Assembly (NCBI GenBank): GCA_019753105.1
Contig: JAIELJ010000007.1
Span: 57,195 to 121,194, forward strand
Source of the DNA: Hyphomonadaceae bacterium
GTDB lineage: Bacteria; Pseudomonadota; Alphaproteobacteria; Caulobacterales; Aquidulcibacteraceae
Reading direction: 5' to 3'
Length of the DNA stretch: 64,000 nucleotides
Within the stretch, counting starts at the first letter, position 1, and each line of letters begins with the position of its first letter. The translations under genes and the position numbers were made by a program. A model generated the notes under the pieces. It was not told where the DNA came from. It did no database searches and saw only the letters and a program-made list of their open reading frames with translations. Shown here in pieces: positions 18,301 through 27,429 of this stretch.

Positions 18301-18334
18301 GAGCGAGCGCAGCGGGGAGGCGCCGCGCTCGCTC
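18301..18334 (-). terminator. Hairpin terminator
   Basis: GAGCGAGCGC / GCGCTCGCTC 10-bp stem just past the stop of the 18345-18725 gene. Confidence 0.55.
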
Positions 18335-18344
18335 TTGGGGCGTG

Positions 18345-18725
18345 TCAGGCCCGCACCGGTTCGCGTTTCAGGGCAATAATCTGCAGCTCGGCGAACGCGC
18401 CGACAGCAACCGCCTGGGCGATGACGAATGCGTAGCCGAACGCGCTGGGGTTCGTGAGCAGAAGCGCCGCGATCGAGCCCGCGACCCAGATGAGGTTGAT
18501 TGCTACGACAAACCGCACGCCATCCCGCGGCACGCTCTCGGCCCGCGACATCCACAGGAGCGCCAGAAACCAGGGAAAGAGAGTGATGCCGGCGATCTGC
18601 AAAAGCGGCTGCGGGAGATTGGTCAGCGGCGCGAGCAGAACGGCGCCGAAGACCATCAAGACGCCAGCAGCGCCCGAGATGACTGCATCGGCCAGCAGCG
18701 TGCGGCGGATGAATTGAGAGTTCAT
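18345..18725 (-). CDS. Small four-TM hypothetical membrane protein
   Basis: LLADAVISG...NLIWV...IAQAVAV..FAELQ; divergent from an XRE regulator. Confidence 0.8.
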   Translation of the reverse strand: MNSQFIRRTLLADAVISGAAGVLMVFGAVLLAPLTNLPQPLLQIAGITLFPWFLALLWMSRAESVPRDGVRFVVAINLIWVAGSIAALLLTNPSAFGYAFVIAQAVAVGAFAELQIIALKREPVRA

Positions 18726-18828
18726 GTCGTCCTCCTTGGTTGATGGCGGGAGGATGCCGGGCGGCTCAGGGCTCGGCGATTACGCGAGAGGTAATGGCGC
18801 GGCTTATGCGGGCGGTTATGCTTCGCTC

Positions 18829-19608
18829 ATGTCAGAGACACACACGTTCGGCGATCACTTGCGCACCTGGCGACAGCGGCGCCGCATGAGCCAGCTCGAT
18901 CTCGCCAGCGAGGCGGGGATTTCGACGCGGCATTTGAGTTTTGTCGAGACCGGTCGTGCCGCGCCCTCGCGCGATATGGTGCGGCAACTGGCCGAGCATT
19001 TGCAGCTGCCGCTGCGCGAGCAGAATGCGCTGCTGGTCTCCGCCGGCTTTGCACCGCGCTTTCGCGAGCGCACGCTTGACGATCCCGATCTCGCCGCCGT
19101 GCGCGCCGCCGTTGAGACGGTGCTGAAGGGGCACGAGCCAAACGTCGCGCTGGCGATTGACCGGCGCTGGACGCTGATCTCCGCCAACAATGCCGCGCTC
19201 AAACTGATGACGGGCATCGCGTCGCATTTGCTCGCGCCGCCGGCCAACATGCTGCGCGCGAGCTTGCATCCAGAAGGCCTCGCGCCGCGCATCCTCAATC
19301 TCAACGAATGGCGGGTGCATATCTTTGCGCGGCTTGAGCGCCAGATCGATATGACCGCCGATCCCGCACTCATCGCTTTGCTTGAGGAACTGCGAACTTA
19401 TCCGAGCGCAGGCGCGCATGTGCCGCCGCTCAGGGAAGCCGCGCCCGTCATCACGCCGCTCAAATTGCAGACCGCCGACGGCGTGCTCTCACTGTTCGGT
19501 GTCACCACCCTGTTCGGCATGCCGCAGGACGTGACGCTCGACGAATTGGCGATCGAGACGTTCTTTCCGGCTGATGCAGAAGGTGCGGCCATGCTGGCGC
19601 GGCTCTAA
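18829..19608 (+). CDS. XRE-family HTH regulator with MmyB-like ligand-binding domain
   Basis: WRQRRRMSQLDLA...STRHLSFVETGR..PSR, DRRW, TTLFGMPQDVTLDELAIETFFPAD. Confidence 0.9.
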   Translation: MSETHTFGDHLRTWRQRRRMSQLDLASEAGISTRHLSFVETGRAAPSRDMVRQLAEHLQLPLREQNALLVSAGFAPRFRERTLDDPDLAAVRAAVETVLKGHEPNVALAIDRRWTLISANNAALKLMTGIASHLLAPPANMLRASLHPEGLAPRILNLNEWRVHIFARLERQIDMTADPALIALLEELRTYPSAGAHVPPLREAAPVITPLKLQTADGVLSLFGVTTLFGMPQDVTLDELAIETFFPADAEGAAMLARL

Positions 19609-20027
19609 CGCTGGCGCGTCCAGACCAGATTGCCGCCGTCGGCCATCATGTTGAGCGTAAGCGTATCGCCGTCGCGCACGTAGCTGCGCACATAGCCCAA
19701 TTCGCGCGCCACGCGCGTATCGAGCGAGCCTTCGCCGCAGAAGGCGCGGGTTACGGCAAGCGGCGTGAAGGTGAGCTGATTGTCGCCCGGCGACGTCCAG
19801 GTCCCGGTGCCGCGATTGCAATCGAGACGAAGGCTGGCTGTGCCGTCGGCGTTGAAGGTGATCTCGTAGAGCGACGGATCGGCAGGCCGCGTTGTTCCGA
19901 TTGCATCGTCTGATGATTCGAGCGCCGCCAAACGCCAAGTCGTGCCGGCGAGCGGGCTCGTATAGACGCCGCCAACCGTGCCGCAGGCAGCGAGCAAAAG
20001 AGCGGTGGCGATAAAAAGTATGCGCAT
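19605..20027 (-). CDS. META-domain (HslJ-like) lipoprotein
   Basis: Lipobox LAAC; LAGTTWRL, DCNRGTG, TRAFC. Confidence 0.85.
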   Translation of the reverse strand: MRILFIATALLLAACGTVGGVYTSPLAGTTWRLAALESSDDAIGTTRPADPSLYEITFNADGTASLRLDCNRGTGTWTSPGDNQLTFTPLAVTRAFCGEGSLDTRVARELGYVRSYVRDGDTLTLNMMADGGNLVWTRQR

Positions 20028-20081
20028 GTGCGCCTCCACGGTCCCCGCGCCACTAAGCGCGAAGTCTGGCCGCGGCGCAAA

Positions 20082-20110
20082 GAAAAAGCGCGGAAGCCTG
20101 GCCCCCGCGC
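20082..20110 (-). terminator. Intrinsic terminator of nrdA
   Basis: Minus strand reads GCGCGG-loop-CCGCGC-TTTTTCT. Confidence 0.6.
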
Positions 20111-20137
20111 TCTAGTCTTTCCAACCCAGTCAGCGTG

Positions 20138-21973
20138 CTATTGGCAGGCTAAGCACTCTTCGTAGTCGGTTTTCTCGCCGGTCAGCGTGGTCGAGTCGAT
20201 GTCGGCCTTGTTGTCTTCGCCGGCAAAGCCCGCGCGCTGCACCGATTTCGAGCGGCAATAGTAGAGCGACTTCACGCCGCGCTCCCATGCCATCCAGTGC
20301 AGCATGTGCAGGTCCCACTTATCGACATCGCCCGGGATGAAGATGTTGAGTGACTGCGCTTGGCAGATGAGCGGCGTGCGATCGGCGGCGAGCTCAATGA
20401 TCCAGCGTTGATCGATTTCGAACGCGGTCTTGAAGATCGACTTTTCGTCGTCGCTCAAGCAATCGAGATGTTGCACCGAGCCTTCGTTCTTCAGGATCGA
20501 AGACCAGACGCTCTCCGTGTTCTTGCCTTTCGCCTCGAGAACTTCCTCGAGATAGGGGTTCTTCACGGCGAACGAGCCTGAGAGAGTCTTGTGCGTGTAG
20601 ATGTTGGCCGGGATCGGCTCGATGCCGGCTGACGTGCCGCCGCAGATAATCGAGATCGACGCGGTCGGTGCGATCGCGAGCTTGTGCGAGAAGCGCGCCA
20701 TCACGCCTGCGTCCTGCGCATCCGGGCAAGCGCCGCGCTCTTGCGCGAGCTTCACTGATGCAGCGTCGGCGCCGCGGCGGATGTGGCGGAAGAGGCGGTT
20801 GTTCCACACCTTCGCCATCGCCGATTCCATCGACACGCCTTGCTTTTGCAGGAAGGAGTGGAAGCCCATGAGGCCCAAACCAACGCTGCGCTCGCGCATG
20901 GCGGCGTAAACGGCGCGTTCCATTTCCGGCGGCGCGCGCTGGATGAAGTCTTCGAGCACGTTGTCGAGGAAACGGAAGACGTCGTTGAGGAATTCCGGCT
21001 CTTTTTCCCATTCCATGAACGTCTCGGCGTTCAGAGAGGAGAGGCAGCACACAGCCGTGCGCTCGCGGCCATTATGGTCCATGCCGGTGTGCAGCATGAT
21101 TTCCGAGCAGAGGTTCGATTGGCGAACCTTCAAGCCGAGCTTCTTCTGGTGGCTCGGCATCGCCTTGTTCACGGTGTCGGAGAAGACGATGTAGGGCTCG
21201 CCGGTCTGCAGGCGGAGCTCAAGAATCTTCTGCCAGATCTTGCGCGCGTTGACGTGCTTCAACGGCTCTTGGTTTTTCGGTGAGCGCAGCGCGAACGGAA
21301 GATCGTCGCGCACCGCGATCATGAATTCGTCGGTGAGGTTGAGCCCGTGGTGCAGGTTCAAGCTCTTGCGATTGAAATCGCCGGCGGGCTTACGGATTTC
21401 GAGGAATTCCTCAATCTCCGGGTGGTGCACATCGAGATACACAGCTGCCGAACCACGGCGGAGCGAGCCCTGGCTGATCGCGAGCGTGAGAGAGTCCATC
21501 ACGCGGATGAACGGAATGATGCCCGACGTCTGGCCGTTCTGACCGACCTTTTCGCCGATGGAACGAACGCCGCCCCAATAGGTGCCGATGCCGCCGCCAT
21601 TCGAGGCGAGCCACACGTTCTCGTTCCAGGTGTCCATGATGCCGTCGAGTGAATCGCCGACAGCATTCAAGAAGCACGAGATCGGCAGGCCGCGCTCGGC
21701 GCCGCCATTCGAGAGCACCGGCGTCGCCGGCATGAACCAGAGCTTGGAGATATAATCGTAGATGCGTTGCGCGTGACCGATGTCGTCCGCGAACGCGGTT
21801 GCGACGCGCGCGAACATGTCCTGATAGCTTTCGCCCGGGAGCAAGTAGCGATCTTGCAGCGTCGTCTTGCCGAAGTCCGTCAGCAGCGCATCGCGGCTCG
21901 GATCCGTAACGACCTTCTCGACCACCTTAAGCGGGCGCAGCGGCTTTGGTTTGCCGCGGTGGACTTCACCCAT
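20138..21973 (-). CDS. nrdA: Ribonucleoside-diphosphate reductase alpha subunit (class I, no ATP cone)
   Basis: PATPVLSN, GLPISCF, QSNLCSEI, AIAPTASIS, C-terminal CLAC. Confidence 0.96.
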   Translation of the reverse strand: MGEVHRGKPKPLRPLKVVEKVVTDPSRDALLTDFGKTTLQDRYLLPGESYQDMFARVATAFADDIGHAQRIYDYISKLWFMPATPVLSNGGAERGLPISCFLNAVGDSLDGIMDTWNENVWLASNGGGIGTYWGGVRSIGEKVGQNGQTSGIIPFIRVMDSLTLAISQGSLRRGSAAVYLDVHHPEIEEFLEIRKPAGDFNRKSLNLHHGLNLTDEFMIAVRDDLPFALRSPKNQEPLKHVNARKIWQKILELRLQTGEPYIVFSDTVNKAMPSHQKKLGLKVRQSNLCSEIMLHTGMDHNGRERTAVCCLSSLNAETFMEWEKEPEFLNDVFRFLDNVLEDFIQRAPPEMERAVYAAMRERSVGLGLMGFHSFLQKQGVSMESAMAKVWNNRLFRHIRRGADAASVKLAQERGACPDAQDAGVMARFSHKLAIAPTASISIICGGTSAGIEPIPANIYTHKTLSGSFAVKNPYLEEVLEAKGKNTESVWSSILKNEGSVQHLDCLSDDEKSIFKTAFEIDQRWIIELAADRTPLICQAQSLNIFIPGDVDKWDLHMLHWMAWERGVKSLYYCRSKSVQRAGFAGEDNKADIDSTTLTGEKTDYEECLACQ

Positions 21974-22062
21974 ACGGTGAACCCCTGCTTTTTCCGCCCG
22001 TGCCTGCATTTTCCAGCCCCCGAATTTAGCTCGTTGTTAATCCGACTCGGCCTCGACCCAAA

Positions 22063-22110
22063 ACACATAACCTTGGGGGCGAGGACGAACCGTACCGCTA
22101 TATATAGTGA
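22063..22110. promoter_or_regulatory. Tandem NrdR boxes
   Basis: Strong box ccgCTATATATAGtga (22095-22110) and weak box acaCATAACCTTGggg (22063-22078), 32 bp apart, upstream of nrdA. Confidence 0.7.
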
Positions 22111-22118
22111 TGCCATCC

Positions 22119-22134
22119 GTTAATTCGGGGTCAA
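22119..22134 (-). promoter_or_regulatory. CtrA-like site
   Basis: Minus strand reads TTGA-N7-TTAAC, one mismatch to TTAA-N7-TTAAC. Confidence 0.45.
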
Positions 22135-22446
22135 TGGGATAAGCTTCAGCAGCGCTATTTTTAGGTGTGCAAGCTGTTGATAATCGCCTCTTTGGGGAGG
22201 ACCGTTAACCACGTTTATCGACCCGCACCCGGACGGACCCCGGAGACATTTGGGTTTTTTCGGGACCGTCAGAATAGGGAAATTAACCCCGACCGTTTCG
22301 GAGACGATCGGTGAATCTTCTCTAACTGGCCCGATAAGACCCCGAGTCGGTCGTTTCCGGCGAATCGATGACACAGACGGAGCTGATTCCGCTTGATCGG
22401 GTCCCGGAGGGGGATCAGAGACCGCGCTCTCAAGGTTTAGGGGTGC

Positions 22447-23316
22447 GTGCCGGTGCGGGGCGGGGGCGTATTGGCGGTGGCGCTGGGCGGGACGTTGATC
22501 GGCCTCGCGCCGATCCTCGTCCGGCTCTCCGATCTTGGCCCGCTGGCGACCAATCTCTGGCGCTTCGTCTTTGCGCTGCCGATCCTGGCGCTGTGGGCCG
22601 CACGCGGCGCCAAAACCGGCGCGCGCGACATCGGCTGGCTGCTGCTGGCCGGCGTGCTGTTCGGGATCGAACTCAATCTCTGGGCCGTCGCGCTGACTAA
22701 AACGACTGTCGCCAATGCGACGTTGCTGGCGAACCTGACGCCCATCTTCGCCGCCGCCTTCGGCTACTTCGTCTTCAAACAGAGATTGGGCGCCGGCGTT
22801 CTGCTCGGCGGTCTCGCTGCGATGGCAGGCGCGGTGATGCTGGCGCTTGGCCGCGCGCAAGGCGGCGTAGGGCCTGCGAGCGTTGAAGAGGGATGGATCG
22901 GCGATGCCATGTCGCTGGTCGCAGCACTTGGCTATGCGGGCTATCTGCTGATCGTGCGCTCACTCGGCAGCCGCGTCAGCGTTGGCGCCGTCATGTTGTG
23001 GGCGGGCATCGCGAGCGCGCTTTTCACCTTGATGCTCTGCCTCATCACGCGCGAGCCGCTCTTGCCGCATTCCTGGCAAGGCTGGGCGATCCTGATCGCG
23101 CTCGGTGTGTTGGTGCAGTCCGGCGGGCAGGGGCTGATTGCTTACGGCGTTGGCCGTTTGCCCATCGTTGTGTCCACGGTGCTGCTCTGGACGCAGCCGC
23201 TCGCGGCCGCTGCGCTCTCGTGGGTCATGTTCGATGAACGCTTAGGCGCGATTGCGCTTATTGGCGCAGCGCTGGTGCTTTTCGGCCTCTACACGGTGCA
23301 GCGCGCGCGTCAGTGA
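22447..23316 (+). CDS. DMT/EamA family transporter
   Basis: About ten TM helices in two EamA repeats; start uncertain. Confidence 0.9.
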   Translation: MPVRGGGVLAVALGGTLIGLAPILVRLSDLGPLATNLWRFVFALPILALWAARGAKTGARDIGWLLLAGVLFGIELNLWAVALTKTTVANATLLANLTPIFAAAFGYFVFKQRLGAGVLLGGLAAMAGAVMLALGRAQGGVGPASVEEGWIGDAMSLVAALGYAGYLLIVRSLGSRVSVGAVMLWAGIASALFTLMLCLITREPLLPHSWQGWAILIALGVLVQSGGQGLIAYGVGRLPIVVSTVLLWTQPLAAAALSWVMFDERLGAIALIGAALVLFGLYTVQRARQ

Positions 23317-24044
23317 TGCAGCGGGCGCATCCAGCGCGGCATTGGGCACGCAACAGTCGGATCCTGGCGGCACATCGCTGTTGCATACACAAGCTCGGCG
23401 CGGCCGATGAGATTCTCGATCGGCACAGCGCCCATGCCGTCCCAGCGGCTGTCGAGCGAGTTATCGCGATTGTCGCCCATAAAGAAGAGCTGGCCTTCCG
23501 GCACCGTGTACGGACCGAACGCGTCGAAGTGACCGCCGTCGGTTAAGTTGTGAATGCTGTGCGTGACGCCGCTCGGCAACGTTTCTTCCATCCGCTCCGC
23601 GTACTCGCGGCCCTCCGGATCGACACGACGCAACAGCGTTACAGGTTCAGACAACGCCGCGCGCTCGCCGTTGATGTGAAGTTCACCATCGATCACTTGG
23701 ATCACATCGCCCGGCAATCCGATCAGACGCTTGATCATGGTGTCGCCGGTGCGCGGATGGATGAACACCACGACATCGCCACGCCGCGGCAAGCTGCCGA
23801 ACAGGCGATGCTGCGAGGGCGGCAAGAGGAAGCCCGCATTGAACGGCAGCGAGTGCCGGCTGTAGCCGTAGGCGAATTTCGACACCGTCACGCGGTCGCC
23901 GACTTCGAGATGCGGGACCATGCTCTCGGAGGGAATACGAAACTGCGCGAACGCGACCGTGGTGAAGACCACATAGGCTAGGAACGCTCCGCCGAGCGTC
24001 TTTGCCCATTCAATCGCTTCCGTGCGCCAGCGACGCTCGGTCAT
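23310..24044 (-). CDS. lepB: Signal peptidase I
   Basis: IPSESMVPHLEVGD (Ser), IKRLIGLPGD (Lys), GDNRDNSLDSR. Confidence 0.93.
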   Translation of the reverse strand: MTERRWRTEAIEWAKTLGGAFLAYVVFTTVAFAQFRIPSESMVPHLEVGDRVTVSKFAYGYSRHSLPFNAGFLLPPSQHRLFGSLPRRGDVVVFIHPRTGDTMIKRLIGLPGDVIQVIDGELHINGERAALSEPVTLLRRVDPEGREYAERMEETLPSGVTHSIHNLTDGGHFDAFGPYTVPEGQLFFMGDNRDNSLDSRWDGMGAVPIENLIGRAELVYATAMCRQDPTVACPMPRWMRPLHH

Positions 24045-24117
24045 GTCAAACTCCCCTGGTTTCAGGGTGGGAAGCGATTTATCCCCCGTCAAGCCGGAAG
24101 CGGGCGGAGACGCAAGA

Positions 24118-24771
24118 ATGACGCGGGCTGTAGCTGCGATTGTAGGTGGCCTCAAAGATGTCATCTTTGGGAGGCTCACGCTGTTTGCGATCGCCAACCT
24201 GATTATCGCGGCAACGATCACAGTTTTCGCCGCGCGCGCCGGCCTGACCTATCTCGTGCCGCTCATCCCCGATGGCGAGGGGCTCTTCGGCTATGCGTCG
24301 ATGGCTGGTTCGATGTTCGCGTCGATCGCGGTGATCGTGCTGGCGGTTGCGCTGTCGCCGGCCATCTCGATGATCGTGGGCGGCATGCTCTTCGACTTCG
24401 CCGCAGAGCGCGTGGAGAAAAGAATCGGCGCGCCGAAGGGGCGCATGGTGCCGATCCAAGAAGGGCTATTGAACGGCTTGCGCATCGCGCTGCCCGCTTT
24501 GCTGCTCAACCTGCTGGTGATCCCGCTCTATTTCATTCCCGTCGTCAACGCGCTGACGTTCTACACGTTGAACGGTTTTCTGATGGGCCGCGAATACGCG
24601 ACGATCACGGCTGCGCGGCACATGAGCTTTCAAGAAGCCGTCGCGCTGCGCAAGCGTCATGGTGCGAGCGTCTTTCTCGTTGGCCTTGCGTGTTCGCTTG
24701 TGCCGTTCGTTGCGCCTCTGGTTGGCGCGAGCGCGATGACGCGCTTGGTCCAAAGCCTCAAGTCCCAATAG
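24118..24771 (+). CDS. EI24/CysZ-like membrane protein
   Basis: Hydrophobic helices; LYFIPVVN...GFLMGREY; start uncertain. Confidence 0.8.
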   Translation: MTRAVAAIVGGLKDVIFGRLTLFAIANLIIAATITVFAARAGLTYLVPLIPDGEGLFGYASMAGSMFASIAVIVLAVALSPAISMIVGGMLFDFAAERVEKRIGAPKGRMVPIQEGLLNGLRIALPALLLNLLVIPLYFIPVVNALTFYTLNGFLMGREYATITAARHMSFQEAVALRKRHGASVFLVGLACSLVPFVAPLVGASAMTRLVQSLKSQ

Positions 24772-24817
24772 CCGCGCCGAAAGATTGTGCTTGCGCGATG
24801 ATGCCGCTCGCTCTAAA

Positions 24818-24835
24818 TGTAACCACATGGTTACA
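24818..24835. promoter_or_regulatory. Palindromic operator over the ArsR start codon
   Basis: TGTAACCA-CA-TGGTTACA. Confidence 0.75.
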
Positions 24836-25186
24836 AATGCTCGCGCCCGGACGGAAAGCGCATTCAGCGCCATCGCCGACCCGACCCGGCGGGCGATCCT
24901 CGATCTGGTGCGGCAGCGTGAGCTGAGCGCGGGCGATATCGCGCGGCGCTTTCCGGTTAGCCGGCCGGCGATCGCCAAGCATGTGCGCGTGCTGCGCCAA
25001 GCTGGGCTGCTGCGCGAACGGCGCGCCTCGACGCAGCGTTTCTATTCGCTCGATCCCGCCGCGTTGCAGGCGGTCGATCAGTGGCTCGCGCCATACCGGC
25101 TGTTTTGGGCCGCACGGCTCGTCGATCTCAAGCGCGTGGTTGAAGAAGAAGCGAAAAGCACACGCAAAAAGAAGGGTGACTCATGA
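24827..25186 (+). CDS. ArsR/SmtB family transcriptional regulator
   Basis: FSAIADPTRRAIL...SRPAIAKHVRVLRQAGL. Confidence 0.92.
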   Translation: MVTNARARTESAFSAIADPTRRAILDLVRQRELSAGDIARRFPVSRPAIAKHVRVLRQAGLLRERRASTQRFYSLDPAALQAVDQWLAPYRLFWAARLVDLKRVVEEEAKSTRKKKGDS

Positions 25187-26091
25187 GCGAACTGAAGCAC
25201 GAATTCACCTGGAAGCTGCCGGCGCGTCCGGCGCGCGTGTTCGCAGCGCTCACCGATCAAGCCGAGCTCACGCAGTGGTTCGCAGAGCACGCCGAAGTGC
25301 AGCCCGAACTTGGCGGCGCCTATCGCTTCTGGGGCAAATACACGTACGGCACGCCTTCGCAAGCGGACGCCACGCAGCGCATCACCAAATTCGCACCAAG
25401 CCAGGCGCTCTCTTACGCGTGGCGCATCCACGATCGCGACAGTGAAGTGGCGTTCGTCATCGAAACCGATCCGGAGAACCCGGAAGCGTCAATCGTCAAA
25501 GGCTCGCACACATTCGCAGAATCGCCCGCGATCAATCGCGCTAAGGAAATGATCGACGATCACTGGCGTTTCAATTGGGGCAACATCTCTGCCCACATCG
25601 CCGGCGGGCAAGGCAAGATGTTCGTCGATTATGGTGACGCTGATCCCAACGTCTCGCTTTCCATCTTCATCGATGCGCCGCCATCGGCGGTATTCCGCAC
25701 GTTGATCGATCCGGAGAAGATTCAACAATGGTTCGGCGTCGCAGCTGCGGTCGATCCGCGCCTCGGTGGCGATTGGCACTTGAAGATGGAGTTTGAGAAG
25801 GAGGGCAAGAAGGTTACGTCGCCGCCGTGCCGCATCCTCGATATCGTCGAAAATGAACGCCTCTCGATCTCCTGGCCGGACTGGCGCGGCGATAAGAGCG
25901 TGCCGGATCAGAAGGTGACGTGGACGCTGAAGCCGGAAGGCGCGGGCACACGTGTCGAGTTTAAGCACGATGGCTTCGTGCGTGCGGTCGATATCAGCGA
26001 TTATCCGTTCGGCTGGGGCTGGTTCCTCTCGCGCATCACAGCGGTTGCGGAAGGCAAGTCGCTCGATGCAGTGCCCGCTGAGCATCAATAG
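25183..26091 (+). CDS. Tandem SRPBCC/AHSA1-domain protein
   Basis: Two repeats: VFAALTD...QWF and VFRTLID...QWF; coupled to arsR. Confidence 0.88.
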   Translation: MSELKHEFTWKLPARPARVFAALTDQAELTQWFAEHAEVQPELGGAYRFWGKYTYGTPSQADATQRITKFAPSQALSYAWRIHDRDSEVAFVIETDPENPEASIVKGSHTFAESPAINRAKEMIDDHWRFNWGNISAHIAGGQGKMFVDYGDADPNVSLSIFIDAPPSAVFRTLIDPEKIQQWFGVAAAVDPRLGGDWHLKMEFEKEGKKVTSPPCRILDIVENERLSISWPDWRGDKSVPDQKVTWTLKPEGAGTRVEFKHDGFVRAVDISDYPFGWGWFLSRITAVAEGKSLDAVPAEHQ

Positions 26092-26099
26092 GAGGGGCC

Positions 26100-26495
26100 G
26101 TGACCGTCGTGAGAATCATTATCGGCATCGTCGCCGGTTTCGCGCTTGGCTTAGGCGTTGTGATTGGCGGCGATGTGCTTAATCACACGCTCTTCCCGCC
26201 GCCCGCGCCAGAGCAATGGGCCGAGTATGCGCTCACGGCGCCGGTGCAGAATCTCGTGCTGCTGCCGATCGCGTACATCAGTGCCGCGCTCGCAGCAGCG
26301 TTCGTGGCTGCGACGATCGCTGGCCGCGCGTGGGCGGGTTGGATCGCTGGCGGCTTCTTGACGGGCGCTACGTTCGTGAACCTTTTCATGATCACGCATC
26401 CAATCTGGATGATCGCCGTTTGTGTCATAGGCGCGCCGCTCGCCATCTGGTTTGGCGCGCGTATTGGCGTTGGCGCGCGGGTCGCCGCGGCCTAG
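26100..26495 (+). CDS. Hypothetical membrane protein
   Basis: About four TM helices, HPIWM; GGAGG SD. Confidence 0.75.
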   Translation: MTVVRIIIGIVAGFALGLGVVIGGDVLNHTLFPPPAPEQWAEYALTAPVQNLVLLPIAYISAALAAAFVAATIAGRAWAGWIAGGFLTGATFVNLFMITHPIWMIAVCVIGAPLAIWFGARIGVGARVAAA

Positions 26496-26503
26496 GAGGG
26501 CGC

Positions 26504-26908
26504 ATGTCAGGCTTGGATTACATCAAGGCATTCGGCGTTGCGCTGTTGCTGATGGTGCTGAACGTGGCGGTGTCCTTCGGCGTCGTCGCGGTTTACGCCT
26601 ATCTCATCGAGCCGGGGCATGAGGCGGCCTACTACGAGACTGCGGCGCAAAGCATCGCGCCGTGGTCGAGCGTGTTCGTTGGCGCGTTGCTGTTCTTCCT
26701 GGCGGCGTGGTTCTTCGGTGTGCGCAAGCCGGCGCGCTCCGCGCTTGCCTTCGCGCTGACGTTTGCGGCCATCTATACGGCGATCGACTTTGCCATCATC
26801 GCCGCCGTCGGCGGCTTGCAGTATCTTGGCCTGGTCGTTTGGATATCGGTCTCGGCGAAGTCTGCCGCGGCCGCTGCTGGCGCGCTTTTGGCAAACCGAC
26901 GCGCCTAG
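26504..26908 (+). CDS. Hypothetical membrane protein
   Basis: About four TM helices; GGAGG SD before ATG 26504. Confidence 0.75.
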   Translation: MSGLDYIKAFGVALLLMVLNVAVSFGVVAVYAYLIEPGHEAAYYETAAQSIAPWSSVFVGALLFFLAAWFFGVRKPARSALAFALTFAAIYTAIDFAIIAAVGGLQYLGLVVWISVSAKSAAAAAGALLANRRA

Positions 26909-27429
26909 CGCGCGACCGCCGCCAGCAAGAGCGCGCCGCCGACGCTGCGCTTGGTGATCTCGACTTCGCTGAAGATTGGGCTCATGCGCTCTTGCAGGAT
27001 GTGCGCGATCTTGCTGCGCTGTGCGGCGTTTGGCGGTTCGTAGACTTGCACGAAAGTGCTGTGCTTGCGCGTCAGGCGGCCAACGCCGGGTAACGCTTCG
27101 CCGTCATCGGTCCAGAAGACATTGCAATTCACCGCGAGCACGCGGTTGAAGATGAGCGGCTCGTGATTGCGCGCATCGAACGCGCCGCGACGGATGATGG
27201 CGTGATGGGGGTGTTCGGGATCATGAACGCGCTTGAATGCAGCTTTCGCGGCGGCGTCTGATTTATCGACGCCGCAATACCAACCTTTGCCGGTGAGCTT
27301 TTCGAGAATGCGCTGTGCTGCGATGCCGCTGCCACAGCCGATTTCGAGGACGCTGTCGTCAGGCTGCACGTCGAGGAGTTCAACTGCCCACTTAATTCGT
27401 GCCGGCGCCAGCGCCTTGAGTTCAGGCAC
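26905..27429 (-). CDS. Small class I SAM-dependent methyltransferase
   Basis: VLEIGCGSG, GVD; overlaps the ecm stop. Confidence 0.82.
   Translation of the reverse strand: MPELKALAPARIKWAVELLDVQPDDSVLEIGCGSGIAAQRILEKLTGKGWYCGVDKSDAAAKAAFKRVHDPEHPHHAIIRRGAFDARNHEPLIFNRVLAVNCNVFWTDDGEALPGVGRLTRKHSTFVQVYEPPNAAQRSKIAHILQERMSPIFSEVEITKRSVGGALLLAAVAR

Noticed and set aside
22040-22446. Replication origin (clustered GANTC and CtrA-like sites)
   Set aside because: No DnaA boxes found, and hemE or other usual origin neighbours are absent; better explained as the nrdA promoter region.
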